From: Cystobasidiomycetes sp. EMM_F5 | Taxonomy: Eukaryota | Length of the DNA stretch: 64,000 nt | Assembly: GCA_051047955.1 (NCBI GenBank) | Contig: JBPGPT010000011.1 | Span: forward strand, 62,001-126,000 | Direction of reading: 5' to 3' | Part shown: piece after piece, positions 61,346-64,000 of the stretch | Layout: the number at the start of each line of letters is the position of its first letter | How positions within the stretch are numbered: position 1 is the first letter of the stretch | Made by a program: the position numbers and the translations under genes | Notes under the pieces: generated by a model | Seen by the model: the letters and a program-made list of their open reading frames with translations, nothing else | Database searches by the model: none | Told to the model about the DNA's origin: nothing

Positions 61346-62221
61346 CTATGATGCTGACGGAGTTGCGGATCTAGATGTCATGTCGATGCTGCTACTCCTG
61401 GCGAGGATGTTTCCGTCATTGTCGAAAGCAACGTTCTTAGCATTGCCGAGCGAATTTGCGACAAATTTATTGTGCAATCCGGTCGCTAGTATCTTGCCGG
61501 ATTCTGGATGCAAAAGTTTGACTTCTGTATAAGCCAGGTTCCGGCCCAGATTGAGGACCTTCAGGGAGGCGTAAGTCTCAGCAGTGTCAAATAATACTTC
61601 AGGAACACCACACGAATCCGCTTACACGTCCTTCTAGCCGAATATTTTCGCCCTCGCAGCCCGCTGCGCGAACGAAGCTACGCACGCAAAAACCAGGTCA
61701 GTTACGGATGTGTACTATGCTTGAGATCGTATATTGCGTACGTTGTGTGTATGTCAGTGGACACTCCAGATGATGCGAGCCCTTTTGTAGCCAAAGCCAG
61801 ACTTCCGACCGTATCGATGAGCGAACATATCATACCGCCATGCAGATGCCCATTCCGATTGGTTTGCGGCTTGGTGATGGTCACTTTTGTGTTCGTAGTC
61901 AGTCAGGACGTATGCTGCCTTTGTGGCCGGCCCATGCCTACTTGAACACACGACGAGACCTGGTTCAGCGGAGACAACTTCGAGCTAGCTTCATAGGAAC
62001 GACATTGGATTGGCAGCATCAGTTCATGCATGCAGATAAGCGTTTCCCGTAGACCAATCAGCCAAAAGTGCCCACAGTCGTCATCGTGTGCGCATTAAAG
62101 CCCTGGAGTGTTGGTAAACAATTGCGTACGACACAATACAAGGCAGCTAAGACCTCACTCCGAATGCCAGATAGTCTTGCCAGACGCCTCTGACAAAGGC
62201 GATGCAGTCAGATTCAGCCAT
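61346..62221 (-). CDS. PaaI/hotdog acyl-CoA thioesterase (THEM2/ACOT13-like)
   Basis: Spliced LEVVSAEPG...QTNRNGHLHGGMICSLIDTVGSLAL...GVSTDIHTTFVR...LGRNLAYTEV...LATGLHNKF. Five introns. Confidence 0.88.
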
Positions 62222-62435
62222 CGTGGCGTGTTTGGTAGAAGCATAGGTGAAGCTGAATGAAGCGAAGGGTAGGGAAATATCAAGTCGAATACTATGAGCA
62301 ACAACACGGATATTTGTACTACGCTTCGATACACATTAATATGGACTAGGCTGATACGGGAATATTGTCTGCATAGATTGAAACTTATGAGCTACCATTG
62401 CGGCGGGAAAACCGCCAGCAGAGTACTTTACTGAG

Positions 62436-64000
62436 CTACAGTTGGACCTTCGCCGGTGTGGGAGGAAGAGGTGTGGAGGTATCGATAATAGGCAGGGTAT
62501 ACGGTAGGTCAAGTCTATCGATGATCTCGGAAAGGATTGCTCGACCAAACGATGCAGAGTGGTCGATAGCGTTTTGTGCGTGTAGCACAATAGGCCAAGC
62601 AAATGCGAAATAGGTCTGTCCGTCCTCAAACAGATCCTCCGGGTTGACTGGAGCTGCGTTTGTATGCTGAGGAGGGAGAGAAGGCATGACCATGTCTTCC
62701 ATCCGAACAGATACTGCTTTGTGCGCGAAACGCGATTTACGGAGTGCTGCAACGAGCATATCTTCGCCCGTAGCATTCGTCGCAGCTCGTCCATCTGGAC
62801 TGTTGCGGGGAGACGTCTCGAAGCTGTTGCCAGCCAATAAGACACCCTGCGACGAGGGCCACAGAGAATGTATCTTTTCCAATTCACCTTGCATTTTGAG
62901 ATAATTCTGTAGAAAGGTTTCCGTGGTCGCGTGGGGAATGGCCGAGTGCGAAGATTGACCGGATGTGTTGGATTCGCTGTCTCCGCCTGGTGGGGAAACT
63001 CCACTTGTAGGGCCTACAGATAGCATACGACCCGCTTGCGCATGCAAATTGCGCGATACTTGAGTATTGACGTGTTGCAGAATGAGTGCTTCGACCATGT
63101 GTCTGTACACGTGGATACTCAGTCTTATTCAACTCAGATCGCGATACTAGACCCACAGTATCGCAACGCCTAGCTCCATGGCTCTGGGAAACTCCTTTAC
63201 GAATCTCGGCGGGAGCGCCGGATCTGTCAGTGGACTGCTTGCGAGTTTCTCCGCTCTCGCTCTGACAAAGGCTAGGAGCTGAGTCATGGAGGACCAATTG
63301 TCAACGAGGCAGCCAGGTTTCCACGTTACAGTATGATTATCAGCCGATGAGACGGACAATGTCGAGGACGAATTAGACAATGTTCTCGATCTCTGCGCCC
63401 CGGCTGCACAGTCGTCCATCCAAAATGCAAAACTGAAGAGGAGAATAGCGTCGATAAACTCTACCATTGCAATCATTGGAGTCATTGCTCGTTGTGCGGC
63501 ACTCCACGTCGGATCGAATCGCTCGGCTGTAAAGTCACGCATGCGTGTGTCGGCTGATCTTTTGCTCTGAGTAGCCATCTTGCGTGCATGGTTGCCTGTT
63601 CGCCTGTACATGTCTGGAGAGTAGGCAGACAAGCTGAATCGTGAGGCAGAGGAAGCATTGAGCGACAGCCGTGACGATGTTGTGGTCGGGGAGGGCAGCG
63701 AAGCAAGAGGGGAGATATGATCGTCTGCGACCAGACCTCCACCTCCATATGTGCCGGTGGTACTGCTCATACCGGCGTCCGAAGCGGGCGAATGAGAATG
63801 CTTGTCGCGCCCATCCTTATCCGTCCTGGGTGAATCGGCTCTCCGAATCCTGAAGCCGTTTCTAAGAGCAAGGGCAGCGGCAGCGGACGATGTGGATGTG
63901 TATGAGGGGGATGCTTTCCTGTCGGTGGCATGATGATCTGGAGAATGCGACTCGCGCTTGATGCGTCTGTTGTCAACGCCTTAATCAGCCTGTGCGCAAA
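62436..64000 (-). CDS. Uncharacterised protein, possibly Ebp1/AF4(AFF) C-terminal-domain-like; 5' end lies outside the window
   Basis: Ser-rich region, then helical RKMATQSKRSAD...AMVEFIDAILLFSFAFWMDD...WSSMTQLLAFVR...AIL|HMVEALIL (intron about 63104-63154). A CTGAT...CAG acceptor near 63968 implies more upstream exons. Confidence 0.55.

Noticed and set aside
1..64000. Transposons, CRISPR arrays, tRNA or rRNA genes, prokaryotic systems
   Set aside because: No transposase, reverse transcriptase or integrase motifs, terminal repeats, spaced repeat arrays or recognisable structural RNA genes seen by eye. The DNA is eukaryotic and spliceosomal. tRNAscan-SE, Infernal and RepeatMasker would be needed to exclude small elements.

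Overview
A gene-dense, intron-rich stretch of a fungal nuclear genome. It is most consistent with a basidiomycete, probably a compact Pucciniomycotina-type yeast (inference from short, roughly 45-100 nt GT-AG introns with GTRNGY-like donors and CTRAY branch points, the crtYB fusion gene and the protein orthologues). I can support about 32 protein-coding genes. Recognisable ones are Rrn11-like, a Puf4-type Pumilio, Mak31/Naa38, a membrane RING-H2 ligase, SNF4, a peroxisomal 4CL-like ligase, PMA1, FAM72, an HNH/YisB-like protein, PRI2, phenolic acid decarboxylase, MRE11, a DMT transporter, crtYB, mitochondrial bL36, an SVOP-like MFS, GLY1, TFIIIA, eIF3h, ITT1/RNF14, monothiol GRX3/4, a PaaI thioesterase and a partial Ebp1/AFF-like gene. 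Two accessory islands hold orphan genes. At 5.4-8.8 kb there is a tandem paralogue pair plus a Cys-rich secreted protein. At 51.6-60.7 kb there are five secreted proteins, including a tandem triplet of small Cys/Trp-rich paralogues with a shared intron position. The most notable observations are that triplet, an apparent non-canonical GA-AG intron revealed by paralogue comparison, and the MG-start/PPAY orphan pair. I recognised no tRNA, rRNA, CRISPR array or transposon. Exon boundaries were worked out by hand, and gene names rest on remembered motifs, not database searches.
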